From Promethearchaeota archaeon (GTDB taxonomy: Archaea; Asgardarchaeota; Lokiarchaeia; Sigyniarchaeales; Promethearchaeaceae): 32,000 nt of DNA. The notes below the pieces were generated by a model, which saw nothing but the letters and a program-made list of their open reading frames with translations, was not told the origin of the DNA and ran no database searches. Numbering within the stretch: the stretch's first letter is position 1; each line of letters begins with the position of its first letter. The position numbers and the translations under genes are program-made. The stretch lies in NCBI GenBank assembly GCA_016933055.1, contig JAFGBS010000026.1:14211-46210 (forward strand), in the 5' to 3' direction. Below, piece after piece: positions 1 through 7,946 of this stretch.

Positions 1-630
1 AATGAATAATCGGATACTAAATTGAAAGCCTATTTCTATAATGTAGCATAATATGAGCGTAAATAAGGGAGTTATTGAAAACAGTTTATAGAGAAGTGGA
101 AAAATTAAAATAGTGAGAAACAGCATTGGAATAAACCAATTACCGGGCCCCCATATGGGAAGCATAAGAAATATTTTAAGTATGGGTTCGTGTAATTCGG
201 GAACTGGAAAGTTGAATGGATGATAGTAAATAATACTTAAGAAATCACTGCCAATAAATACATTCGCTAATATAAGGTAAATCAACGATAGTCCGTATAT
301 AATTGCAAAAGGCACCACAAATCGTTGGATTTTTGGTTTGAAATATCTTTCCCAGGAGTATAATGACTTTAATGACTGATCCTCCAATCTTTTCATGGAT
401 TTAGTCCAGTTGAAACCCAAAACCACCATGAATACGGGGATTGCTATTCTTTCCCATGCAAGGGCATGAAATAATCGCATGATGATGTGAGGTATAGAAT
501 GGTCAAGAATCACTAAGGCCATCATCCATACTTTTAGAAAATCAATTTGCCAAAAATTATTCGGATTTGGTCCTAGTTTATCAATTTCTTCAAATACATT
601 CTTTTTAGGTTGAATTTCTATGTGTTCCAT
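1..630 (-). CDS. Acyltransferase_3 (OafA-like) family membrane acyltransferase, 3' end runs off the window
   Basis: Manual translation from ATG at 630: MEHIEIQPKK...QIDFLKVWMMALVILDHSIPH...RIAIPVFMVVLGF...WGPGNWFIPMLFLTILIFPLLY. The D-x-L-K / LVILDH / VPxF / WF pattern and many hydrophobic segments fit this family. Open to position 1, so absent from the ORF track. Confidence 0.75.
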   Translation of the reverse strand, partial: MEHIEIQPKKNVFEEIDKLGPNPNNFWQIDFLKVWMMALVILDHSIPHIIMRLFHALAWERIAIPVFMVVLGFNWTKSMKRLEDQSLKSLYSWERYFKPKIQRFVVPFAIIYGLSLIYLILANVFIGSDFLSIIYYHPFNFPVPELHEPILKIFLMLPIWGPGNWFIPMLFLTILIFPLLYKLFSITPLFTLILCYIIEIGFQFSIRLFI

Positions 631-711
631 AGTGATGACTTCAATTTACATTTTGTAGTAGTATAAATACATTAGTAAAACTCAACAATTTTTATAATTT
701 ACCAAAATCTA

Positions 712-1704
712 CTAGAAAACTATTTCTTTGATTCTAATGCTTCCGGTACCTGTTTGAAATGTAAAAAAGAAGTTCTGTTCTGCTGGAAAAAATTCATTCT
801 GATAGGGTGTAAAAGGTCCGGGAATTTCAAGGTCACTAGAAATGTCACCAGTGGAAGTAATCGCACTGATCTGTATCCCTGATTCCATAGGGAAATCATA
901 TCTCATGGATATTCTTCCCGTATCTGTTTCTATATTAAAAGTGGCATTTCGAGAACAGATAATCTCAGATTGATCAAAATGAAAATCAATAATTCCACTG
1001 CGACTAGTCATGTTCCACATCTCTATTGTCGAGAATAATTCAACATTATCGAAAATTATATCCAATTTCCCCGCAATGGTATGAGTATCTAATGTTGATG
1101 AATCTAATGCAGTGTTATCCCCAAAATTTAAAGTCATATCCCCTGAACTTGAAAATACATTTAATTTGGCAATTATTGTCTGAGTTAAGACAGAATCGAA
1201 TACCAAATAGATATCTCCAGATTCAGTAGTTATATTGTACATAACGATCATGTCTGCGCGAATTGTGATATGTAAGTTATTATAAAAGGAACGATCATCA
1301 TTAGAGTCATATAATTTAGGTGCATTATAGGTAATCTGTAGAAATTCTCCTTCTTCATTTGCAGTAAAATTGGATGCATCCTCAACAATAGCAGCTCTTT
1401 TGCCGAAAAATCGATTTTCTGCTTCAAAAATGTTCTCTAATTCTTCTTTATAACTGATAAATATACTTCCTTCCGCATTCATAATGGTCAGGTTCAGAGT
1501 GGAGACATTTTCTGAATCATAGACGAAATCAATGCGATCCAGTAGAGTGTATCCAATTCTTGCTTCAGATTGAGTTAAAATAATCGCAGTTAAAGTTCCT
1601 GCGGTTATGACGATAGCAGTGATGATTGAAATTAGAATTATTTGTTCTTTTTTGATTTTCGACATTATCCGAGCACTCTTGTTGTAATTAGTGAAATACT
1701 TCAT
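712..1704 (-). CDS. Membrane-anchored beta-strand-repeat protein (DUF4097/adhesin-like)
   Basis: N-terminal TM (IILISIITAIVITAGTLTAIIL) followed by repeated xTxSGxI-type beta units (TTESGDI, FSSSGDM, HTIAGKL, TSRSGII, ETDTGRI, ITSTGDI, QTGTGSI). Alternative start at 1665. Confidence 0.6.
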   Translation of the reverse strand: MKYFTNYNKSARIMSKIKKEQIILISIITAIVITAGTLTAIILTQSEARIGYTLLDRIDFVYDSENVSTLNLTIMNAEGSIFISYKEELENIFEAENRFFGKRAAIVEDASNFTANEEGEFLQITYNAPKLYDSNDDRSFYNNLHITIRADMIVMYNITTESGDIYLVFDSVLTQTIIAKLNVFSSSGDMTLNFGDNTALDSSTLDTHTIAGKLDIIFDNVELFSTIEMWNMTSRSGIIDFHFDQSEIICSRNATFNIETDTGRISMRYDFPMESGIQISAITSTGDISSDLEIPGPFTPYQNEFFPAEQNFFFTFQTGTGSIRIKEIVF

Positions 1705-1751
1705 TGTTTTAATTTTTGTTTTTTTTTTTTATTTCTGATCGATAAAATCTG

Positions 1752-2243
1752 AGCCTAGCATCTTGCGTTCCACGAAACAGGCTAAAAGCTTATTCACCTA
1801 CACTAAAAGATAGGTGAAAAAATTGATTTAACGCAATAGGGATTATGACCCTAAGGTCCATCCGAAGAACTATGTGGCAATAAAAGTCTACTATGTTGAA
1901 ATTATGTACACGTAATGTTTAACATATAAACAACCTAAAATTCTAGAGGGCGGATATAACGGGATAGGTATTGACTAATCAACATCTATTCCGACCTTTC
2001 GGATACGTAGATAATCCCAAACACTTAAAACTATCGTAATACTCCACCGAACGTATAAAGTTGAATCCCTATCCAATTTGTTCTATGTGTTCAACCTATC
2101 CTATTGGATAGGTGGGTTTAAGGTGCACCTATGCTAAAAGAACCTATTCGATTACTCTTCACGAATAGGCTTTTTAGCATAGTTCTGAGAATAAGGTTCT
2201 ATCTATCCGAGCATAGCGATGGATAGGTAGGATAGGATAGCAT
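1752..2243. repeat. Intergenic array of inverted repeats sharing CCTAT/ATAGG stems (possible structured ncRNA or non-autonomous element)
   Basis: Stems read directly: 1793-1818, 1837-1853, 1892-1926, 1984-2012, 2094-2113, 2129-2182 (about 20 bp), 2197-2232. GATAGGT or its complement at 1809, 1963, 2094, 2107, 2222. Confidence 0.6.
1975..2059. repeat. Dispersed bipartite motif, copy A (CTAATCAACATCTATTC-N31-ACTTAAAACTATC)
   Basis: 17/17 and 13/13 identical blocks with the same 31-nt spacing as copy B at 31914-31998; the next 24 nt match at 15 positions without gaps. Confidence 0.75.
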
Positions 2244-2282
2244 GGAAATTGATTAAACAAAAATCAAAATCAGAAAAGAAGA

Positions 2283-2939
2283 TTAAAGATGTCCATTCCT
2301 TGAAAAGAACGATAGATCATGCCATCCAATGAGATATACTGTGATTAAAATAGTTGTTAAGAGGAAAACTATTGGATGAAATAACCAAGTAATTGCGGGG
2401 ATAAGGAAATATAATCCTCGAATACCACTTGTCCAGTAATTTTGCGCAGCAGCGAATGATTTTTGCATTAATTTATAGGTTTCTTCGAAAAGTTCTTCTC
2501 TTTTTTTTGTATTTGCAGTGATTAAGAATTGACTTCTATAAAGCATCCTTATGGAAAATACAAAATTGAAAAGGGAAAAAATTGAAATCATTCCAATCAG
2601 CACAATTTGAACAATTCCCACAGAAATCGTTATGCTTCCGAGAAAATCTGCATCTATATCTCCTAAAATTTCATATTGAAACAATCCAATAATTAAACTT
2701 AAAAACAACAATAACCCAGAAATAAAAATAGAATTAGACATTATTGAGTTACGAATTGCCTGGATGGTAACTAAATGAGATAATTCATCGATCCGAGCAT
2801 CTACCCAATTTTTATAGGTACGTTCTATTGAAGCACGGTTGTAAAGTTTACCTGTTCTTTTGCAAATTACCATCATCATAACATAAATGATGAGACAAAG
2901 AAGAAATGTGAAAAAAGCTGCTTCATCCCAACTAAACAT
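2283..2939 (-). CDS. DUF599 family membrane protein
   Basis: TIQAIRNSIMSNSIFISG resembles the DUF599 VQTLRNxIM motif; several TM helices; C-terminal GIRGLYF..W.FHP. ATG at 2939 preferred over the TTG at 2957. Confidence 0.7.
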   Translation of the reverse strand: MFSWDEAAFFTFLLCLIIYVMMMVICKRTGKLYNRASIERTYKNWVDARIDELSHLVTIQAIRNSIMSNSIFISGLLLFLSLIIGLFQYEILGDIDADFLGSITISVGIVQIVLIGMISIFSLFNFVFSIRMLYRSQFLITANTKKREELFEETYKLMQKSFAAAQNYWTSGIRGLYFLIPAITWLFHPIVFLLTTILITVYLIGWHDLSFFSRNGHL

Positions 2940-3234
2940 AGCTCTCAACAAAAACAAGTAACTCTTGGTTAATAAAGATCACATTGTTTTATTTTTCAAA
3001 AAGTTAACTGGTTTTTACTGCATTGGACGCCAATAATATTAAAATATAAACTACGTGTTCATATTTAAACAGCCTTATGTGTGAGATACGTAGTTGCATA
3101 GTCCAATTATTATAAAAATTGAGTTTCATAGTAGTGAGATTTTTAGAAAGATCAATGATCTTCTTATTTCCTAAAGATTTATATGAACTTGTTAATCAAA
3201 CGATAGGTAGAAAATTTCATCATCAAAGTATCGA

Positions 3235-3522
3235 TTATTCAATAGGTTTGATTATATCATCCATTTTCAGAGCCTGTTTTTTGCAGTCACATTTTGCTAT
3301 AATCCGCCAGCATTGAGGGCATTCTTCATTCACACATCCATAATGATGGTAATGTTGAGGAGCAATAAGAATCCCACATTCCTTACAACGATTTCCAAGA
3401 GTCTCTCCACCATATGATATCAATTTCCGACTATACCACTTATCATTTATCTTAATTTGGTTGAATTTACAAGAATCGGTCGTCTCATCCATTTCTTGAT
3501 TACAATAAGAACATTTTGTCAT
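3235..3522 (-). CDS. Small Cys/His-rich putative zinc-binding protein
   Basis: CSYC, C, CKEC, HHYGC, CPQC and CDC motifs in about 95 aa; GAGAGGG upstream of ATG 3522 (the track starts at 3537). Confidence 0.65.
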   Translation of the reverse strand: MTKCSYCNQEMDETTDSCKFNQIKINDKWYSRKLISYGGETLGNRCKECGILIAPQHYHHYGCVNEECPQCWRIIAKCDCKKQALKMDDIIKPIE

Positions 3523-3733
3523 AAATTTCCCTCTCATTGATATTGGATTTTTTCCATATAAAACATTTCACTCTCGCATAACTGACACAGATTTATCTCA
3601 TAGATATTATTCAATTATTTTTTTATATACATTGGTATCCTTTATCTCTAATTGTGCGAATAAACTTCGTGAAACATCAGTTTGACGGTAATGGATCAAC
3701 ATCTATGAGATAGGTAGATGTCTTCTGGATATT

Positions 3734-6202
3734 ATGATTGCAAACACCAAAAATTTATATCGGTTTCCTATAAATGCAAGCTTAATGACCAATGACTCTC
3801 CTTTGTATGAGAAAATCGAAGTACCGATTAAGAGTTTATTTCCTCTTGACAGAAACTATGCATTTTTAGCCGGTGCTGGAATTTCGATGGATTCACCCTC
3901 CGATATGCCCTCAGCAAAACAGATGGTGATCCAATTGCTGAAATTGGTAGCACCAGAGGAGGAAGTGCATAATATTCTCCAATTGGATTCTTTACGCTTC
4001 GTAACGGTCGTGGAACTTATCCAAAATATTATTGATATGGATTTGAGGTTTTTAGATTATATGGAGCTAATAACCACTCCTAATCTTATCCATTTCTTCT
4101 TATCCCGATTAATTGTAAAAGGACATTCAATTGTAACTACAAATTTTGACTATTTGCTTGAATATGCCCTCAAACAAATCCTCCCTGCCCCAAAATACAA
4201 AAATATTCGGATTTTTGCCACAAAACAAAATTATATCGATGGGTCATTAAAACCCGAAATACTGCAAAATGCTTACAATCTCGTTAAAATTCATGGTTCA
4301 AAACGAAATGTTATCACTATTACTGCCATACAGGATTCTATTGTCACCACAACCAGTGCTTTGGGTAGTGATCGGTCAGAGGAGGATACTTTTCTAATTA
4401 ACTCTAACAAAAAAGATGTTATATATTCTCTAATGAAAGATCGCACATTAGTAGTCGTAGGATATTCTGGAAATGATGATTTTGGCATTTCGTCCCTAGT
4501 TAATGAGCTTCCGTTTCTCTCCCGTGTCATATGGATTGAACACTCAAACCAAGATAAATTTGAGATTCTCCGTTTCAGAAAACTACCTGTAAATGAAGAT
4601 GAGGAGAACTATGTAGAAAATCAAAATAAGTCTCATCCCCCATTAGATCTCCTATTATCCAATCTACACATGAAACATGGATATGAGACGTTATTAATAC
4701 GAGGTAATACAAAGATCTTAATTCAACATCATTTATGGTCTATTTTTCACCCCGACGTTCCTGCAGAAATTCATCCCCCAAGTTCTGGTCAACTCAACAC
4801 AAGTTTTAATGATTTTGTTTTAAAACAATATAGAACAATAACTGGAACACAAAAATATCTCTTTGGTACGCAATTATTTTTCAAACTCAAACAAATTCCC
4901 GCAGCAGTTCGTTGTGCACGTAGAGGTTTAGCATCTGCATCAATTACTGATGCACTAGCGGCTAAGTCAACGTTTTTGACCCTTCTCGGTTTATCTTATC
5001 AACTTCAAGAAGAGCACAAAAAAGCCTTAGATTTTTATAGTCGCGCTTTGCTTGTGAATAAAGAACTGGGAAACATTCCGGCTCAAGCTTCTCTCTTGAA
5101 TAATATTGGTTCTGTATATAGGGAACTGAGAATATATGAAAAAGCCATTTCACATCATGAATTAGCTTTGAGAATCTGTGAAGAATTAGGAGATGTATCG
5201 GGGAAAATAACAGCTTTAGACAACTTGGGGCGCGTCCACGAGAAACACGGACAATATCAAAAAGCCAAGGATTATTATATCACAGCATTAGATTTCGCAG
5301 ACAAGACTGGTGACCTCGAACGGAAAGTAATACTCCACAATAATATCGGGAAAATAATTAGCTCAGAGGATCCTAATACAGCAATCTTACACTATAAAAA
5401 CGCATTGAAAGTTACGGAACTGTTAGGGGATTTACAAGGACAGAATATTTTATATAACAATATAGGCGCAGTTCTTCAGGAAAAAGGAGATTTGGAGACT
5501 GCTATTTCTATGTTTAAAAAAACCGCCTTATTAGCCGAAAAGCTGGGGAGTATGTCGAAAAAAGCAGAGGCGTTAAGCAATCTTGGTTCAGTGTATCTCA
5601 TTCGAAGTGATCTTGAAAAATCTGTGGAATATTTCAAGGAAGCAAGTATATTAGAAGAAAATCTTGGTAATCCAAAGTTAGCGGGTTTATATTACAACAA
5701 GATTGGAATCATAATGCAAAAAACCGGAAAACTTGAGAAAGCAATTGAATTCTATAAAAAAGCTCTGTTGAAGTTCGAATCCATTGCAGATATGCATAAT
5801 ATCGCAATTATTTTAAGTAAATTAGGGGATTGCACTATTACCAAGAAGCAATACACAGAAGCGATTAGATATTTTCAGTGGGCGAGGAAATTATATGCTT
5901 CCCCCGAATTGGATGATTTGGAAAATTATGCAGCAATTACAAATAACCTCGCAAAATGTTATGAAAATATTGGTAAACATACAGAAGCCTTAAGATATTA
6001 TGAGGAAACTTTGGAAATACATGAAGAACTAGGAGATATTAAGCAAATCGCTGTGGATTTTTTTAATATCGGCAAAATTCAGCAACTCCAAGAGCATCTT
6101 CCAATTGCGGTGGATAATCTACGAAAAGCTCTAGACTTGTTTTCCCAACTGGGGATGGAAGACCAAGTAAAATCAATTCAACATCTACTCAATACATTAT
6201 AA
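3734..6202 (+). CDS. SIR2-like (SIR2_2) domain plus about 11 TPR repeats
   Basis: FLAGAGIS, IVTTNFD, VKIHGS and VVVGYSGND sirtuin motifs; the C-terminal half is made of ~40-aa TPR units (LNNIGxVY...A...Y..AL....ELGD). Start may be ATG 3785. Confidence 0.85.
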   Translation: MIANTKNLYRFPINASLMTNDSPLYEKIEVPIKSLFPLDRNYAFLAGAGISMDSPSDMPSAKQMVIQLLKLVAPEEEVHNILQLDSLRFVTVVELIQNIIDMDLRFLDYMELITTPNLIHFFLSRLIVKGHSIVTTNFDYLLEYALKQILPAPKYKNIRIFATKQNYIDGSLKPEILQNAYNLVKIHGSKRNVITITAIQDSIVTTTSALGSDRSEEDTFLINSNKKDVIYSLMKDRTLVVVGYSGNDDFGISSLVNELPFLSRVIWIEHSNQDKFEILRFRKLPVNEDEENYVENQNKSHPPLDLLLSNLHMKHGYETLLIRGNTKILIQHHLWSIFHPDVPAEIHPPSSGQLNTSFNDFVLKQYRTITGTQKYLFGTQLFFKLKQIPAAVRCARRGLASASITDALAAKSTFLTLLGLSYQLQEEHKKALDFYSRALLVNKELGNIPAQASLLNNIGSVYRELRIYEKAISHHELALRICEELGDVSGKITALDNLGRVHEKHGQYQKAKDYYITALDFADKTGDLERKVILHNNIGKIISSEDPNTAILHYKNALKVTELLGDLQGQNILYNNIGAVLQEKGDLETAISMFKKTALLAEKLGSMSKKAEALSNLGSVYLIRSDLEKSVEYFKEASILEENLGNPKLAGLYYNKIGIIMQKTGKLEKAIEFYKKALLKFESIADMHNIAIILSKLGDCTITKKQYTEAIRYFQWARKLYASPELDDLENYAAITNNLAKCYENIGKHTEALRYYEETLEIHEELGDIKQIAVDFFNIGKIQQLQEHLPIAVDNLRKALDLFSQLGMEDQVKSIQHLLNTL

Positions 6203-6221
6203 ACATCTAGGAATACGGAAT

Positions 6222-7136
6222 ATGATCTGGAATTATCTAATTGCTATCTTTATGGGAATTTGGAATAGTGTACTAATGAATCTAGCACAAGCGATGGAAC
6301 GACATGGTATCGTAATCTTTGACAAAAAAACAAAGTCCCATGCTTCAGAATATCAATCTGAAGAGAAAAAAGGAAAAAAACCCTTAATTTATACCATTGG
6401 GGTTATTTTAAATCAAACCCCCCCATTATGGATAATGATCTCTAATATATTTGCTCCCTTTACATATTTCACCTCCATGTACGGAATTGGATTGATAGTG
6501 TTGTTGATCTATTCCGCAAAAATACTTAATGAGAAACTAACTACACGTAAAATTGTGGGAGCTGCAATTTTGATTTTAGGGACAATTACATTAGGAATTG
6601 ATGGAATTTTGCAACCCGAGCTGGATATGTCTGAGATCAATATTATTTCATCGTCCATATTTGTAGGAGGACTTGCTGTATTAGCAATAATTCTCATACC
6701 TACATCATTGCACACGAAAAAACCGAAAATAATTGGAATTTGCTTTGGATTTATTTGTGGAAGTTTTCAGAGCTTGGATCCCGTCATAAAAGGGATCGGC
6801 CAATCATTTGGTGCGGAGAACACGGGATTTTTTCCCTCCACTCCTATTGGGTGGATAATTTTTTCAGCTAGTTTTCTTGCAGCTACCATTTCTTTTCTTT
6901 TGGCGCAAGTAGGATTCAGTAAAAAGACCGATGCATCGGTACAAGTACCAGTAGCCAATTCATCATTCATCATAATACCGATTCTGATTCAAGCAATAGC
7001 TTTACCGGGTTATTATATTAAAATTCTTACAATAATTGGCGTTACGGTTGTAATTTCTGGAATCCTTTTAATGCAAGTACATCCATTTGTTGCTTCTTCT
7101 CTTCCTTCGTCATCTATATCGAAGGATTCCCTTTAA
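6222..7136 (+). CDS. DMT-superfamily (NIPA/EamA-like) membrane transporter
   Basis: About 9 TM segments; AKILNEKLTTRKIVGAAILILG is an EamA/NIPA-like motif; second half ..AQVGFSKKTDASVQVPVANSS. Confidence 0.6.
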   Translation: MIWNYLIAIFMGIWNSVLMNLAQAMERHGIVIFDKKTKSHASEYQSEEKKGKKPLIYTIGVILNQTPPLWIMISNIFAPFTYFTSMYGIGLIVLLIYSAKILNEKLTTRKIVGAAILILGTITLGIDGILQPELDMSEINIISSSIFVGGLAVLAIILIPTSLHTKKPKIIGICFGFICGSFQSLDPVIKGIGQSFGAENTGFFPSTPIGWIIFSASFLAATISFLLAQVGFSKKTDASVQVPVANSSFIIIPILIQAIALPGYYIKILTIIGVTVVISGILLMQVHPFVASSLPSSSISKDSL

Positions 7137-7594
7137 TCCTCGAAATTTAGCTCATCTCGGTGAAACATGCTCTCAGCGTAATTTAGAAACCAAATTTTCT
7201 TAGGAGTGAATTCAAGAATCACTCGTTTATGCCTTGGAATTCTGTTAAACACCGGAAATTTCTTCTCCATGATATCAAAATTATCATTAAATCCCTCACC
7301 CCCATATGTCAAGATATTAGGAGTTGCAGAAACTTGTAATGCTTGTAGATTTTGCACATTTTCTAATGTTATCTCAATGTCTTCATGAATTTCATAAAAC
7401 ACGTGTGGATTTTCCTTGATATTTTGGACTTTTTTCGAATTAGGTCTAACAGCCACAATAACAATAAATCCGTCATTCGCATACTCTAAAGCAGTTGCAT
7501 CTGGTGTTCCATTTGAACTTGCAGTTGCCATTGTCAAAATTCGATGAGTATTGAGATAATGAAGAACTTTTTGCTTCAATTTATCTTGTTCCAT
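7133..7594 (-). CDS. Pyridoxamine 5'-phosphate oxidase-like FMN-binding split-barrel protein
   Basis: LTMATASSNGTPDA and SKKVQNIKENPHVFYEI motifs. Its stop overlaps the convergent stop of the transporter on the TTAA at 7133-7136. Confidence 0.85.
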   Translation of the reverse strand: MEQDKLKQKVLHYLNTHRILTMATASSNGTPDATALEYANDGFIVIVAVRPNSKKVQNIKENPHVFYEIHEDIEITLENVQNLQALQVSATPNILTYGGEGFNDNFDIMEKKFPVFNRIPRHKRVILEFTPKKIWFLNYAESMFHRDELNFED

Positions 7595-7754
7595 TCTTCT
7601 TCACAAATAATAAGGATTTTTGCGGCTTTAAACTGGATTTCATTGATGGGACGTAATATTATCGAATTCACTTGAAATAATATTCGCATATGGACAGATT
7701 TTTGAACACCAATAGATTTATAGTGAGATATCACCAATCTACAGATGATGAATC

Positions 7755-7934
7755 ATGGGAAAGGAAAATGAAGACGATTATGTCCCAAAATATATTAATT
7801 TAGAAGCTATATTGAAAATGCTCTTGGAAAAACTTAATCTAGAAATTGATAGTAATGCTAAGAATCTGGTAGCAATTTATTTTGATAAAGCGATTGAGAA
7901 AGCAGCTGCAGAATTATCGACAAAATTTCGGTAA
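7755..7934 (+). CDS. 59-aa small protein, possibly a truncated histone-fold (alpha1-L1-alpha2) protein
   Basis: Manual translation MGKENEDDYVPKYINLEAILKMLLEKLNLEIDSNAKNLVAIYFDKAIEKAAAELSTKFR*. It is apparently below the track's size cutoff and ends 12 nt before the sulfatase ATG. The fold call is pattern-based only. Confidence 0.5.
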   Translation: MGKENEDDYVPKYINLEAILKMLLEKLNLEIDSNAKNLVAIYFDKAIEKAAAELSTKFR

Positions 7935-7946
7935 GATGGTAATAAA

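Noticed and set aside
121-150. Possible frameshift in the acyltransferase at the A-run near 131-140
   Set aside because: The printed block looked one base long. With 60 nt per line the frame continues (GNWFIPMLFL...) to position 1, and the ORF track lists no stop-terminated ORF here, so I treat it as a reading or format artefact.
1026-1229. Short ORFs antisense or out of frame within long genes (1026, 4291, 4962, 6509, 6767, 7206, 9998, 10210, 11539, 11621, 11693, 13143, 13590, 14100, 14808, 18623, 22222, 22899, 23170, 25973, 26931, 27236, 30605, 31558)
   Set aside because: They overlap well-supported genes and show no recognisable motifs; typical shadow ORFs.
1752-2243. CRISPR array, tRNA or integron attC interpretation of the repeat cluster
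   Set aside because: No constant-length direct repeats with regular spacers, no cloverleaf or T-loop consensus, no RYYYAAC/GTTRRRY boxes, and no cas, integrase or transposase gene in the window.
3119-3316. 65-aa + strand ORF
   Set aside because: TTG start, overlaps the 3' end of the Cys-rich gene, no motif.
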